This document shows positions 1 through 8,288 of a stretch of DNA of 64,000 nt, one piece after another. This DNA comes from Solirubrobacteraceae bacterium (GTDB lineage: Bacteria; Actinomycetota; Thermoleophilia; Solirubrobacterales; Solirubrobacteraceae). How positions within the stretch are numbered: the first letter of the stretch is position 1; every line of letters begins with the position of its first letter. The notes under the pieces were generated by a model. That model was not told where the DNA came from and did no database searches. It was given only the letters and a program-made list of their open reading frames with translations. The stretch covers positions 7,324-71,323 of the forward strand of contig JBBJOW010000007.1 in NCBI GenBank assembly GCA_037724045.1, read 5' to 3'. The position numbers and the translations under genes were made by a program.

Positions 1-865
1 CGATCTCGAAGTCGTTGGGGTCGTGGGCGGGCGTGACCTTCAGCGCGCCCGTCCCGAAGTCCGGCTTGACGTAGGGGTCGGCGATGATCTTCAGCCGCCG
101 CCCGACCAGGGGCAGGATCGCGTGCTCGCCAATCAGCCGCGTGTAGCGCTCGTCGTCGGGATGGACGGCGATCGCGGTGTCGCCGAGCATCGTCTCGGGC
201 CGCACGGTGGCGATCGTGACCGAGCCCGAGCCCGACTCGAGCGGGTAGTCGATCGAGTACAGCGTGTCCGTGACCACGCGCTCCTCGACCTCGAGGTCGG
301 AGATGGCCGAGCGCGTGCCCGGATCCCAGTTGACCATGTAGTTGTCGCGGTAGATCAGGCCCTTCTCGTAGAGGTCGACGAAGACCTTCAGGACCGCCCG
401 CACGTAGTTGTCGTCGAGGGTGAAGCGCTCGTCGTCGTAGTCGAGCGTCGCTCCGAGGCGCTTGAACTGCTCGATGATCTGACCGCCGTACTGCGCGCGC
501 CACTCCCAGGTGCGCTCGACGAACTTCTCGCGGCCGAGCTCGGCGCGGCTCGTGTTCTCCGAGAGCAGCAGCCGCTCCACCTGGGTCTGCGTCGCGATGC
601 CCGCGTGGTCGGTGCCGAGGATCCACTTCGTCCGCCGGCCGAGCATGCGGTGATAGCGGATCAGCGTGTCCTGGACGGACCCGTTGAGCGCGTGTCCCAT
701 GTGCAGGGCGCCGGTGACATTGGGCGGCGGGATCGCGATGGAGTAGTTCTGGAGCGCGGTCCCCTCCGGCTCCGGGTGATGGAATCCGGCCTCCAGCCAC
801 TGCGTGAGGATCCGCGGCTCCGCTTCCGCGGGCTCGTAGCGGGTGCGTTGCGCCCAGTCCGACAC
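1..865 (-). CDS. valS: Valyl-tRNA synthetase, N-terminal part (runs off left edge)
   Basis: My minus-strand translation from GTG at 865: VSDWAQRTRYEPAEAEPRILTQWLEAGFHHPE...PPPNVTGALHMGHALNGSVQDTLIRYHRMLG...KWILGTDHAGIATQ. It shows the class I HIGH-type motif (HMGH) and a ValRS-like N-terminus. It is absent from the ORF track because it is open at the window edge. Confidence 0.88.
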   Translation of the reverse strand, partial: MSDWAQRTRYEPAEAEPRILTQWLEAGFHHPEPEGTALQNYSIAIPPPNVTGALHMGHALNGSVQDTLIRYHRMLGRRTKWILGTDHAGIATQTQVERLLLSENTSRAELGREKFVERTWEWRAQYGGQIIEQFKRLGATLDYDDERFTLDDNYVRAVLKVFVDLYEKGLIYRDNYMVNWDPGTRSAISDLEVEERVVTDTLYSIDYPLESGSGSVTIATVRPETMLGDTAIAVHPDDERYTRLIGEHAILPLVGRRLKIIADPYVKPDFGTGALKVTPAHDPNDFEI

Positions 866-1567
866 GCCCCGGAGGCTATCCGCGACGTCCGCGCCGCCGA
901 ATCAACCATCTAGGGTTCCGCGCATCAGGGCCTCGAAGCGAAAGCTGACGGCGGAGCTCGCCTACTGGCGGGCGCGCAGCCGCGAGGCCGCAGTCGAGTC
1001 CGGCGCCGACTGGTATGCGTGGGCGTTCACCGAGCCCTTCGGCCTCTCCGCCGATTTCTACGCCGGCAAGCGGCTGCTCGATGTCGGCTGCGGTCCGCGA
1101 GGCTCGCTCGAGTGGGCCACCGGCGCCGCGGAGCGCGTCGGCGTCGACCCGCTCGCCGATCGCTATCGCAAGCTGCATTCCCGCGGCCACGCCACCACTA
1201 CGTCAAGGCCGGCGCGGAGGCCATGCCCTTCGCCGACGGGCACTTCGACGTCGTCGCGTGCCTGAACGCCCTCGACCATGTCGACGACGTCGGTGCCGCC
1301 ATCGCCGAGATCGGCCGCGTCTCGCGCGTGGGCGCGACGCTCCTGCTGGTCGTCGACATCGGCCACGACCCCACCGCGATGGAGCCGCACCGCTTCGATT
1401 GGGATCTGCTGGACCGCTTCGCCCCAGCCTGGACCGTCGCCGCCCGGAGCGACCTCGAGCGCCTGTCGCCCAACATGCTCGCGAATCTCCAAGCCGCGCA
1501 GGCGTTCGACCACGCGGATCGGCGGGAGCGTCCCGGCGTGCAGAGCGTCCGCCTGGTCCGCGTATAG
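843..1567 (+). pseudogene. Class I SAM-dependent methyltransferase, frameshifted near 1185-1198
   Basis: Frame of ORF 843 carries LLDVGCGPRGSLEW...VGVDPLADRYRKLH (SAM-binding GxGxG). Frame of ORF 1019 continues HHYVKAGAEAMPFADGHFDVVACLNALDHVDD...TLLLVVD. The two halves are contiguous only across a frame change. The true start is uncertain. Confidence 0.6.
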
Positions 1568-1596
1568 TGTTCGTCCTATATAGGACGTATACTATA
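1563..1596. promoter_or_regulatory. AT-rich imperfect 34-bp palindrome (operator/promoter) directly upstream of the XRE gene
   Basis: TATAGT gttc GTCCTATATAGGAC gtat ACTATA. The inner 14 bp (1573-1586) are a perfect palindrome. A TATACT -10-like hexamer (1588-1593) lies 6 nt before GTG 1600, consistent with a leaderless transcript. This is an isolated AT-rich patch in a very GC-rich background. Confidence 0.45.
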
Positions 1597-1599
1597 CGT

Positions 1600-1926
1600 G
1601 TGACCTCGATCATCCGTGACGCACGCCTCGCCCAAGGCCTGACGCAGGCCCAGCTCTCCAAGCGGCTCGGCATCTCCCAGCCCTCGGTCGCGCGCATCGA
1701 AGCAGCCGGCGACGCGGTTACCGTCGCCACCCTCCGCCGGACCCTCAACGCACTAGGTCGTGGGCTCGTCCTGCAGGCCGTCGAGCAGAAGCCCAGCTAC
1801 GACGAGTCCCTGCTGCGCTCGACGTTGCGCATCGAACCGGGGCATCGACTGGCCGTCTTCGAAGCTTTCTACGACGACGCCCGTGAGCTGGCGGCCGCTG
1901 GAGCGCGCGCTCGTGCAGCTGCCTGA
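1600..1926 (+). CDS. XRE-family helix-turn-helix DNA-binding protein (antitoxin-like)
   Basis: VTSIIRDARLAQGLTQAQLSKRLGISQPSVARIEAAGDAVTVATLRRTLNALG is a classic HTH_3/XRE signature. The GTG start at 1600 is in frame with ORF 1015..1926. Confidence 0.8.
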   Translation: MTSIIRDARLAQGLTQAQLSKRLGISQPSVARIEAAGDAVTVATLRRTLNALGRGLVLQAVEQKPSYDESLLRSTLRIEPGHRLAVFEAFYDDARELAAAGARARAAA

Positions 1927-2413
1927 GTTCAGCCCTTCGGCGCTGCTCGCCCAGCTCATATCCGGCGACGTCGACTTCGTCGTGATCGGAGGGATAGCCG
2001 CTGTGGCACACGGATCACCGACGCTGACTCGCGACCTCGACGTCTGCTACGCGACAGATGATGAGAACCTGCGCAGACTCGGTGACGTACTGGTCGGCCT
2101 CGGCGCGCGCTTGCGCGGCGTTGCCGAAGACGTGCCCTTCGTGCCCGACGGACGCACGCTGCGCCACACGCAGGTGCTGACCTTGGATACGTCTCTCGGG
2201 CCGCTCGACGTGCTCGCTGCGCCGTCTGGCTTCCCGGGCTACCCGGCGCTCTTGCAGCGCGCCGACGTGAGGGACTTCCAGGGCATCGTTGTCCGCATTG
2301 CGTCGCTGGAGGACCTGATCGCGATGAAGCGCGCCGCCGGCCGGCCGAAGGACCTGATCGCCGTCGAGGAACTGGAGGCGATCCAGCGAATCCTGCGCGA
2401 GGAGCCTGCCTAG
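1883..2413 (+). CDS. Minimal nucleotidyltransferase-fold protein (MNT/AbiEii-like toxin candidate)
   Basis: VVIGGIAAVAHGSPTLTRDLDVCY matches the G-S-x(n)-D-x-D nucleotidyltransferase motif. The C-terminal LEDLIAMKRAAGRPKDL is typical of this family. It overlaps the XRE stop. The start is GTG 1883 or GTG 1913. Confidence 0.7.
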   Translation: MSWRPLERALVQLPEFSPSALLAQLISGDVDFVVIGGIAAVAHGSPTLTRDLDVCYATDDENLRRLGDVLVGLGARLRGVAEDVPFVPDGRTLRHTQVLTLDTSLGPLDVLAAPSGFPGYPALLQRADVRDFQGIVVRIASLEDLIAMKRAAGRPKDLIAVEELEAIQRILREEPA

Positions 2414-2444
2414 TGTCCCGAGTCGTTAGTTCGGTTGACACTAG
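2410..2444. repeat. CTAG-bounded palindromic intergenic unit; likely bidirectional terminator
   Basis: CTAGTGTCCCGAGTCGTTAGTTCGGTTGACACTAG has stems TAGTGTC/GACACTA and CCGA/TCGG. The two CTAG ends supply the TAG stops of the convergent nucleotidyltransferase and clpX genes. Related copies lie at 24737-24768 and 24874-24904. Confidence 0.65.
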
Positions 2445-3715
2445 GCGGACTCGGCGGCCTGCTCGCCGGGCTCTTGAACGGCGGCGGCGGTGACGAGCGT
2501 GGGCTTGATGCCCTTCTCGACGGTCTCCTTGGTCACGACGCACTTCTTGACGTCGCGGCGGGAGGGCAGCTCGAACTGGACCTCCAGCAGGACCTCTTCG
2601 ATGATCGAGCGCAGGCCGCGGGCGCCGGTCTCGCGTTCGATGGCCTTCGCGGCGACGGCCTTGAGCGCGTCGTCGGTGAACACCAGCTCGATGCCGTCAA
2701 AGGCGAAGAAGCGCTGGAACTGCTTGACGATCGCGTTGCGCGGCTCGGTGAGGATGGTGATCAGGTCGTCGTTGGAGAGCTGATGCACAGCGGAGGCGAC
2801 CGGGAGGCGGCCGATGAACTCGGGGATCAGCCCGTACTGCATGAGGTCCTCGGGCAGGCACTGCTCGAAGATCTCCCCGAGATCCTTGTCCACCTTCGCG
2901 GTGATCGCGGCAGCGAAGCCCACGCCCTTGTGCCCGATGCGCCGCTCGATGACCTTGTCGAGGTCTGCGAACGCGCCGCCGCAGATGAAGAGCACGTTCG
3001 TCGTGTCGATCGTCAGGAACTCCTGATGGGGATGCTTGCGGCCGCCCTGGGGCGGAACCGAGGCGGAGGTCCCCTCGAGGATCTTCAGCAGGGCCTGCTG
3101 GACGCCCTCGCCCGACACGTCGCGCGTGATCGACGGGTTGTCGGCCTTGCGCGCGATCTTGTCGACCTCGTCGATGTAGATGATCCCCGTCTCGGCCTTC
3201 TTGACGTCGAAGTCGGCGGCCTGGATGAGCTTGAGCAGGATGTTCTCGACGTCTTCGCCGACGTAGCCCGCCTCCGTCAGCGCGGTGGCGTCGGCGATCG
3301 CGAACGGCACGTTGAGAATGCGTGCGAGCGTCTGCGCCAGCAGCGTCTTGCCGCAGCCCGTCGGGCCGAGCAGGAGGATGTTGGACTTCTGCAGCTCGAT
3401 GTCGGCGTCGCCGGACTGCATGAGCTGCACGCGCTTGTAGTGGTTGTAGACCGCCACCGACAGCGTGCGCTTGGCCTGCTCCTGCCCCACGACGTAGTCG
3501 TTGAGGACGCCCCAGATCTCCCGCGGCTTCGGGAGGTTGTCGATGTCGAAGGTCGCGGGAGCTGTGAGCTCCTCGTCGATGATCTCGTTGCAGAGATCGA
3601 TGCACTCGTCGCAGATGTAGACGCCGGGGCCGGCGATGAGCTTCTTGACCTGCCGCTGCGACTTCCCGCAGAAGGAGCAGAGCAGCTGCTCGTTCGAGTC
3701 GGTCGGTCGCGCCAT
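2441..3715 (-). CDS. clpX: ATP-dependent Clp protease ATP-binding subunit ClpX
   Basis: N-terminal zinc finger [30 protein letters not shown], Walker [15 protein letters not shown], and [10 protein letters not shown]. Confidence 0.97.
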   Translation of the reverse strand: MARPTDSNEQLLCSFCGKSQRQVKKLIAGPGVYICDECIDLCNEIIDEELTAPATFDIDNLPKPREIWGVLNDYVVGQEQAKRTLSVAVYNHYKRVQLMQSGDADIELQKSNILLLGPTGCGKTLLAQTLARILNVPFAIADATALTEAGYVGEDVENILLKLIQAADFDVKKAETGIIYIDEVDKIARKADNPSITRDVSGEGVQQALLKILEGTSASVPPQGGRKHPHQEFLTIDTTNVLFICGGAFADLDKVIERRIGHKGVGFAAAITAKVDKDLGEIFEQCLPEDLMQYGLIPEFIGRLPVASAVHQLSNDDLITILTEPRNAIVKQFQRFFAFDGIELVFTDDALKAVAAKAIERETGARGLRSIIEEVLLEVQFELPSRRDVKKCVVTKETVEKGIKPTLVTAAAVQEPGEQAAESA

Positions 3716-3718
3716 CAG

Positions 3719-4303
3719 CTAATGGTGGGCGATCACCCGGTCGATGATCCCGTACGCCTGGGCCTCATCGGAGGTCATGAAGTAATCGCGCTCGGTGTCC
3801 TTGCGCACGTCCTCGACGTCCTTGCCGGCGTGGCCGGCGATGATCTCGTCGAGCTTGCGGCGAAGCTCGATCACCTCGCGGGCGTGGATCTCGATGTCCG
3901 TCGCCTGGCCCTGGAAGCCGGAGCTGACCTGATGGATGAGGATCTTCGCGTTCGGGAGGGCCATGCGCTTGCCCGGAGCCCCGCCGGAGAGCAGCAGCGC
4001 GCCCATGCTCATCGCGATGCCGACGCAGATGGTCTGCACGTCGGGCTTGATGAACTGCATGGTGTCGTAGATCGCCAGCCCGGCGTAGACCGAGCCGCCG
4101 GGCGAGTTGATGTAGATCGAGATGTCCTTGTCGGGATCCTCGCTCTCGAGGTGCAGCAGCTGCGCGACGATCAGGTTCGCGATCTGATCGTCGACCGGAG
4201 TGCCCAGGAAGACGATCCGCTCGCTGAGAAGACGGGAGTAGATGTCGAACGCGCGCTCTCCGCGCGACGTCTGTTCGACAACCATGGGTACGAGTGGGCT
4301 CAC
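3719..4303 (-). CDS. clpP: ATP-dependent Clp protease proteolytic subunit ClpP
   Basis: [19 protein letters not shown]...[41 protein letters not shown], including the catalytic Ser context. Confidence 0.97.
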   Translation of the reverse strand: MSPLVPMVVEQTSRGERAFDIYSRLLSERIVFLGTPVDDQIANLIVAQLLHLESEDPDKDISIYINSPGGSVYAGLAIYDTMQFIKPDVQTICVGIAMSMGALLLSGGAPGKRMALPNAKILIHQVSSGFQGQATDIEIHAREVIELRRKLDEIIAGHAGKDVEDVRKDTERDYFMTSDEAQAYGIIDRVIAHH

Positions 4304-4426
4304 GGTGCTCTGAGTCTTTCGCGTCGCTTGGGTGAATCCTTCAGCAGGCTCAGACCAACCCGCGATGGCGCGAGTCTAGCAATGGTCATCGTCTCGCAAA
4401 GGCGGTGCTTGAAGGGGGTCTACGCC

Positions 4427-5731
4427 CTATTTCCTGCTCGTCGCCGAGGCGACGAGGAGGTCCATCGCCGCCCCCTGGGCGACGTCCTCCTTGAGGGCGT
4501 CGAGGCGCCCGCCGGTCTTGATGCGCTCGAGCAGCTTCTTGGCAGACGTCTCCGAGCGCTCGGCGTCGGGGGCCAGGGCCTCCAGCAGGGCGTCGTCGTC
4601 GGGGTCGATGGCCTCCGCCTCGACGATCGCTGCGAGCACGGCCTCGCGCCGCAGCGCGAGCTCGGCGTCGGGCTTGGCCTCGGCGACGATCTCGTCCTCG
4701 TCCTTGCCGGTGATCTGCAGATAGGTGTCGCGGTCGATGCCCTGGTGAGACAGCGAGTGGACCATGCGCTCCCACAGCTCACGCGCGCGGGCCTCGATCA
4801 GCGGATCGGGCACCTCGACGGTGGCGTTGTCCACGGCGGCCTGCAGCGCGGCCTCGCGGAAGCCGGCCTCGGCCTGGGCGGCGGCCGCCGCCGCGAGCCG
4901 CTCGCGGATGTCGGCGCGCACCTCGTCGACGGTGTCGAAGCCCTGCTCGACCGCGAAGTCCTCGTCGAGGTCGGGCAGCGTCTTGGCCTTGACCTCCTTG
5001 ACGGTGACCGCGAAGGATGCGTCCTGTCCGGCGAGCTCCTCGGCTCCGTAGTCGTCGGGGAAGGTTATGGCGACGGTCCGGTCGTCGCCGGCCGAGGCGC
5101 CCTCGAGCTGCTCCTCGAAGGAGCCCACGAGACGGCCTGCGCCGAGCTCGATCATCTGGTCGCGCGCCTCACCGCCTGCAAACGGCTCGCCGTCGACTGA
5201 GCCCAGGAAGTCCATGACCACGAAATCGCCCTTGGCGGCTGCGCGCTCGACGGCGTCCAGGCGCCCGCCGCGCTCGCGCAGGCGCTCGATCTCCTCGTCG
5301 ATCGCGCTCTCCTCGACCGCGTCGGAGGGCTGATCGACCTCGAGCCCCTTGTAGTTCCCGAGGGTCGCCTTGGGGCGCACGCCGATCTCGATCGAGAAGG
5401 TCAGCGGCTTGCCCTCCTCGGGCAGCCCGCCGAGATCGAGCTGAGGATCGCCGATCGGCGCGATGCGCGCGTCGTCGAGCGCGGCGGAGTACCAGGCGGG
5501 CAGGTGGTCGCGGACCGTCTCGTCGAGCACGGCGGCGCGGCCGATGCGCTGGATGACGATCGGCGGCGGCGCCTTGCCGGGGCGGAAGCCGGGTACGCGC
5601 AGCGACTGGCCCATCGCACGCGCGGACTGCGCGATGCGCTTCTCGATCTCCTGGGGGGCGACCTCTGCTTCCACGCGCACGCGCGATTCAGGAAGCTCGG
5701 TCACGTTGGTGCTGACGCCGCCGGTGGCCAT
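4427..5731 (-). CDS. tig: Trigger factor
   Basis: MATGGVSTNVTELPESRVRVEAEV...RVPGFRPGKAPPPIVIQRIG is the trigger-factor N-terminal signature. It sits upstream of clpP-clpX as in many bacteria. I used the ATG at 5731 rather than the longer ORF-track start. Confidence 0.93.
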   Translation of the reverse strand: MATGGVSTNVTELPESRVRVEAEVAPQEIEKRIAQSARAMGQSLRVPGFRPGKAPPPIVIQRIGRAAVLDETVRDHLPAWYSAALDDARIAPIGDPQLDLGGLPEEGKPLTFSIEIGVRPKATLGNYKGLEVDQPSDAVEESAIDEEIERLRERGGRLDAVERAAAKGDFVVMDFLGSVDGEPFAGGEARDQMIELGAGRLVGSFEEQLEGASAGDDRTVAITFPDDYGAEELAGQDASFAVTVKEVKAKTLPDLDEDFAVEQGFDTVDEVRADIRERLAAAAAAQAEAGFREAALQAAVDNATVEVPDPLIEARARELWERMVHSLSHQGIDRDTYLQITGKDEDEIVAEAKPDAELALRREAVLAAIVEAEAIDPDDDALLEALAPDAERSETSAKKLLERIKTGGRLDALKEDVAQGAAMDLLVASATSRK

Positions 5732-5759
5732 GAGCCAAGCGACGATAGCGTCAGATCGG

Positions 5760-6446
5760 ATGCGAGGAGAGCGGCTCATCCGGGCTCTGGGAAGTCGCGT
5801 GAAATGCCCCAACTGCGGTCGCAGTTACTCGCGCTTCGCCCCCGGACCCGGCGCACGGCCGGGACGCTGCTGCTGGCACTGCGGGAGCCTGGAGCGCCAC
5901 CGCGCGCTGGCGCTCGCCCTGGCCGGGCGTCGCCATCTGCTTCCCGATCGTGTGCGCGTCCTGCACCTCGCCCCGGAGGACGCGGTAAGCCGGCTGCTGC
6001 CGGCGACCGCCGACGTCGTCCGCGGCGATCTGGAGCCGCTACCCGGCGATCAGGTGATCGACGTATCCGCGATGGCGCAGTTCGGCGACGGCGACTTCGA
6101 CGCGGTCATCTGCATGCACGTCCTCGAGCACGTCCTCGACGACCGCGCTGCCCTGCGCGAGATCCGGCGCGTGCTGCGCCCGGGCGGCTGGGCGGTCGTG
6201 CACGTCCCCCTCACCGTCGGCGCGACCGTCGAGGACCCGGCGGAGACCGATCCGGCGCGCCGGCTGGAGCGCTTCGGGCAGGTCGACCACGTCCGCAGCT
6301 ACGGACCGGACTTCATCGAGCGCGTTGAGCAGGCCGGGCTGACCGCGGAGGTCGCGGGCTTCGATGATCCGGAGACGATCGATCGCTACGGGCTGCGCGC
6401 ACCGCTCGGCGTCGAATCGACGGTGTTCGCCTATCCGCGTCCGTAG
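5760..6446 (+). CDS. SAM-dependent methyltransferase with N-terminal zinc ribbon
   Basis: KCPNCG...CCWHCG zinc ribbon, then VLHLAPE...DFDAVICMHVLEHVLDDRAALREIRRVLRPGGWAVV (methyltransferase type 11-like). An alternative start is GTG 5799. Confidence 0.78.
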   Translation: MRGERLIRALGSRVKCPNCGRSYSRFAPGPGARPGRCCWHCGSLERHRALALALAGRRHLLPDRVRVLHLAPEDAVSRLLPATADVVRGDLEPLPGDQVIDVSAMAQFGDGDFDAVICMHVLEHVLDDRAALREIRRVLRPGGWAVVHVPLTVGATVEDPAETDPARRLERFGQVDHVRSYGPDFIERVEQAGLTAEVAGFDDPETIDRYGLRAPLGVESTVFAYPRP

Positions 6447-6550
6447 GCGTGGACGTGGTGAGCGGCTCGCGGCATGGTTGGTCACCGGGCCGGTCGGCCA
6501 CCTCGTCGCCGGGGTGACCGACCTCGTCGTCCTCCTCTACCGGCTGCGAA

Positions 6551-7201
6551 TCAGCCGTCGACGTTCTGGCGCGGAGCGGAGCCGAGCGGGAGGGCGATGA
6601 TCGAGGTGTTCGACGCGCGCCAGGTCTCCTGGGTGACGTCGCAGACGAGCTTCACGGCGCTCGGTTGGGCGAAGGTCCGCGTGATCTGCAGCGACAGCTC
6701 GGCCGGTGCGAGCGCGCCCGGCGAACCGAGCAGGGCGAACGACTCGTCGGTGTCCCCGTCGGCGTCGAGCACGCAGTGGCCGCCGACTGACCCGCCGGTG
6801 CTGAGGATCCCCGACTCGTTGCTGGGCGCCGTCAGGACCGTCTTGGCGAAGATCGCGTAGGCGCCCTGCGGGATGTCCTTCAGCGTGGCCACGGTCGCTG
6901 TCTGACCGGGACCGACGTTCTCAGGGCCGCTGGCGCGGACGGCCTCGAGCCCCTGCAGGCCGGCGGAGTTGACGACGCCCTGCGCGCTGCCGCTGAGGTC
7001 GTTGAGCTTCAGCGACCCGTCCGCGACCTTCCCGGAGTTGATGGCCGACGCCGCGATGTCGGCCCGCTTGACGGCGCCGTTCTTGATCTGGCTGCTCGAC
7101 TTGATCAGGACGGTCGCAGCCGTGGCCGTGCCGCCCAGTGCGACGGTGAGCGCGAGCAGCGCGACCGCCATTGATGGAGTCGGGCGCTTGAAGCGATGCA
7201 T
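6551..7201 (-). CDS. Secreted hypothetical protein
   Basis: MHRFKRPTPSMAVALLALTVALGGTATAA is a signal peptide. The codon bias is coding-like. I recognise no family. Confidence 0.6.
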   Translation of the reverse strand: MHRFKRPTPSMAVALLALTVALGGTATAATVLIKSSSQIKNGAVKRADIAASAINSGKVADGSLKLNDLSGSAQGVVNSAGLQGLEAVRASGPENVGPGQTATVATLKDIPQGAYAIFAKTVLTAPSNESGILSTGGSVGGHCVLDADGDTDESFALLGSPGALAPAELSLQITRTFAQPSAVKLVCDVTQETWRASNTSIIALPLGSAPRQNVDG

Positions 7202-7292
7202 GGTGTTTCCCCCTGTGTGATGGAACCTTGGCGACATGGTCTAGTCCGAGAGCGATGCTTGCGCACGCACGTAATCGGGCGGTCTCGTCCGT

Positions 7293-7559
7293 ATGCCTCC
7301 CGGAAAGCTCGCGCTACGCGTCACCCTCGGTTCCCTCTTCATCGGACATGGAACACAGAAACTGTTCGGTTGGTTCGGCGGGCACGGTATCGAGGGGACC
7401 GGCGGCTTCTTCGAGAGCCTGGGCCTGCCGGCAAGCAGCCGCTTCCCTTCGAGGAAGCGCGAGGTGCGCGTGTCCTCGACTTTGACCGACTTGCCGCTGC
7501 GGTTTCGGACACGAGCCTGGGGCGATGAGCGGGCCCATGCGCGGACCGTATCGCCGTAG
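7293..7559 (+). pseudogene. DoxX-family membrane protein, only the first ~45 codons conserved (truncated remnant)
   Basis: LALRVTLGSLFIGHGTQKLFGWFGGHGIEGTGGFFESLGL matches the DoxX N-terminus. After ~7430 the reading frame loses all membrane-protein character. Confidence 0.5.
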
Positions 7560-7701
7560 GAGTCGATGTCAGTGCTGCCGCAGCATCTCGGGCATTGAAC
7601 TGACCGTGATCGATGGCCGCTCCGACTCTGACTTCCGAGCCCATCTCCAGGACGGCTTGCACGGAGGTTTCGTACCCATCCCGAGCGCCCCGGAGGCCTT
7701 C

Positions 7702-8106
7702 TCACAGAGAAGCGCGATGGCGACGAGCGGCGATTCGGACGATCAGCCAACGTGAGAGGGCGCCGGCAGCGGTGATTGCGGCGCCACAGATCCCGGCGAA
7801 CAGGAAGATGCTCTCATCGATACAGGGATCTCCACAGGGCGTCGGTTCTTCCCAGAGCACGCTGATGATCGGGCTGGCCAAGACGGCGCCACCGAGAACC
7901 GGCGTCCACCAGCGCTCGCCGAGGGCGCCGATCGCGAGAAGCGCGGCGACAAGCATCGCGTAGATCAGCGTCGAGCCTTCACGGCCGTCGGAGACGAGTA
8001 GTCCCCACAAAGCCGCGACGGCAACGAGAACGGCAGCGAAGCAGGCCCAGGGGCGTCCGAGCGGCGAGGGTCTTCCTGATCGAAGCCCGCTCATGCGTTC
8101 AGTCAA
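7702..8106 (-). CDS. Hypothetical integral membrane protein
   Basis: Several hydrophobic segments (CFAAVLVAVAALWGLLV, LIYAMLVAALLAIGALG, IFLFAGICGAAITAAGAL). No family recognised. Confidence 0.45.
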   Translation of the reverse strand: MTERMSGLRSGRPSPLGRPWACFAAVLVAVAALWGLLVSDGREGSTLIYAMLVAALLAIGALGERWWTPVLGGAVLASPIISVLWEEPTPCGDPCIDESIFLFAGICGAAITAAGALSRWLIVRIAARRHRASL

Positions 8107-8195
8107 GCATGGTCAATTGATGCCCGTTTGATGCCCGTCGCGCAGCAGCCCACTCCGCACCAAAGACAAGAACGCAGCTGTAGCCCGATTCTCGA

Positions 8196-8241
8196 CAGGG
8201 AGGGCGACGGGACTCGAACCCGCGACCGCCGGGATCACAAC
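8196..8241 (-). repeat. att core repeat (partial 3' copy of tRNA-His)
   Basis: CAGGGAGGGCGACGGGACTCGAACCCGCGACCGCCGGGATCACAAC is identical to 22829-22874. It covers the tRNA from the anticodon loop to the 3' end but lacks the 5' half. Confidence 0.9.
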
Positions 8242-8288
8242 ACCCCCCGGCGGTTCGGCACGGTTCGGTCTAGCTAGGCGGTTTGGCT

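Noticed and set aside
2435-5200. 921-aa plus-strand ORF spanning the clpX-clpP-tig region
   Set aside because: It is antisense to three unmistakable minus-strand genes. The composition is low-complexity and Leu/Asp/Gly/Arg-rich, typical of the GC-rich antisense frame. No motifs.
7440-7700. Overlapping ORFs in several frames between the DoxX fragment and the membrane protein gene
   Set aside because: No frame gives a recognisable or compositionally convincing protein. It is treated as degraded or non-coding sequence.
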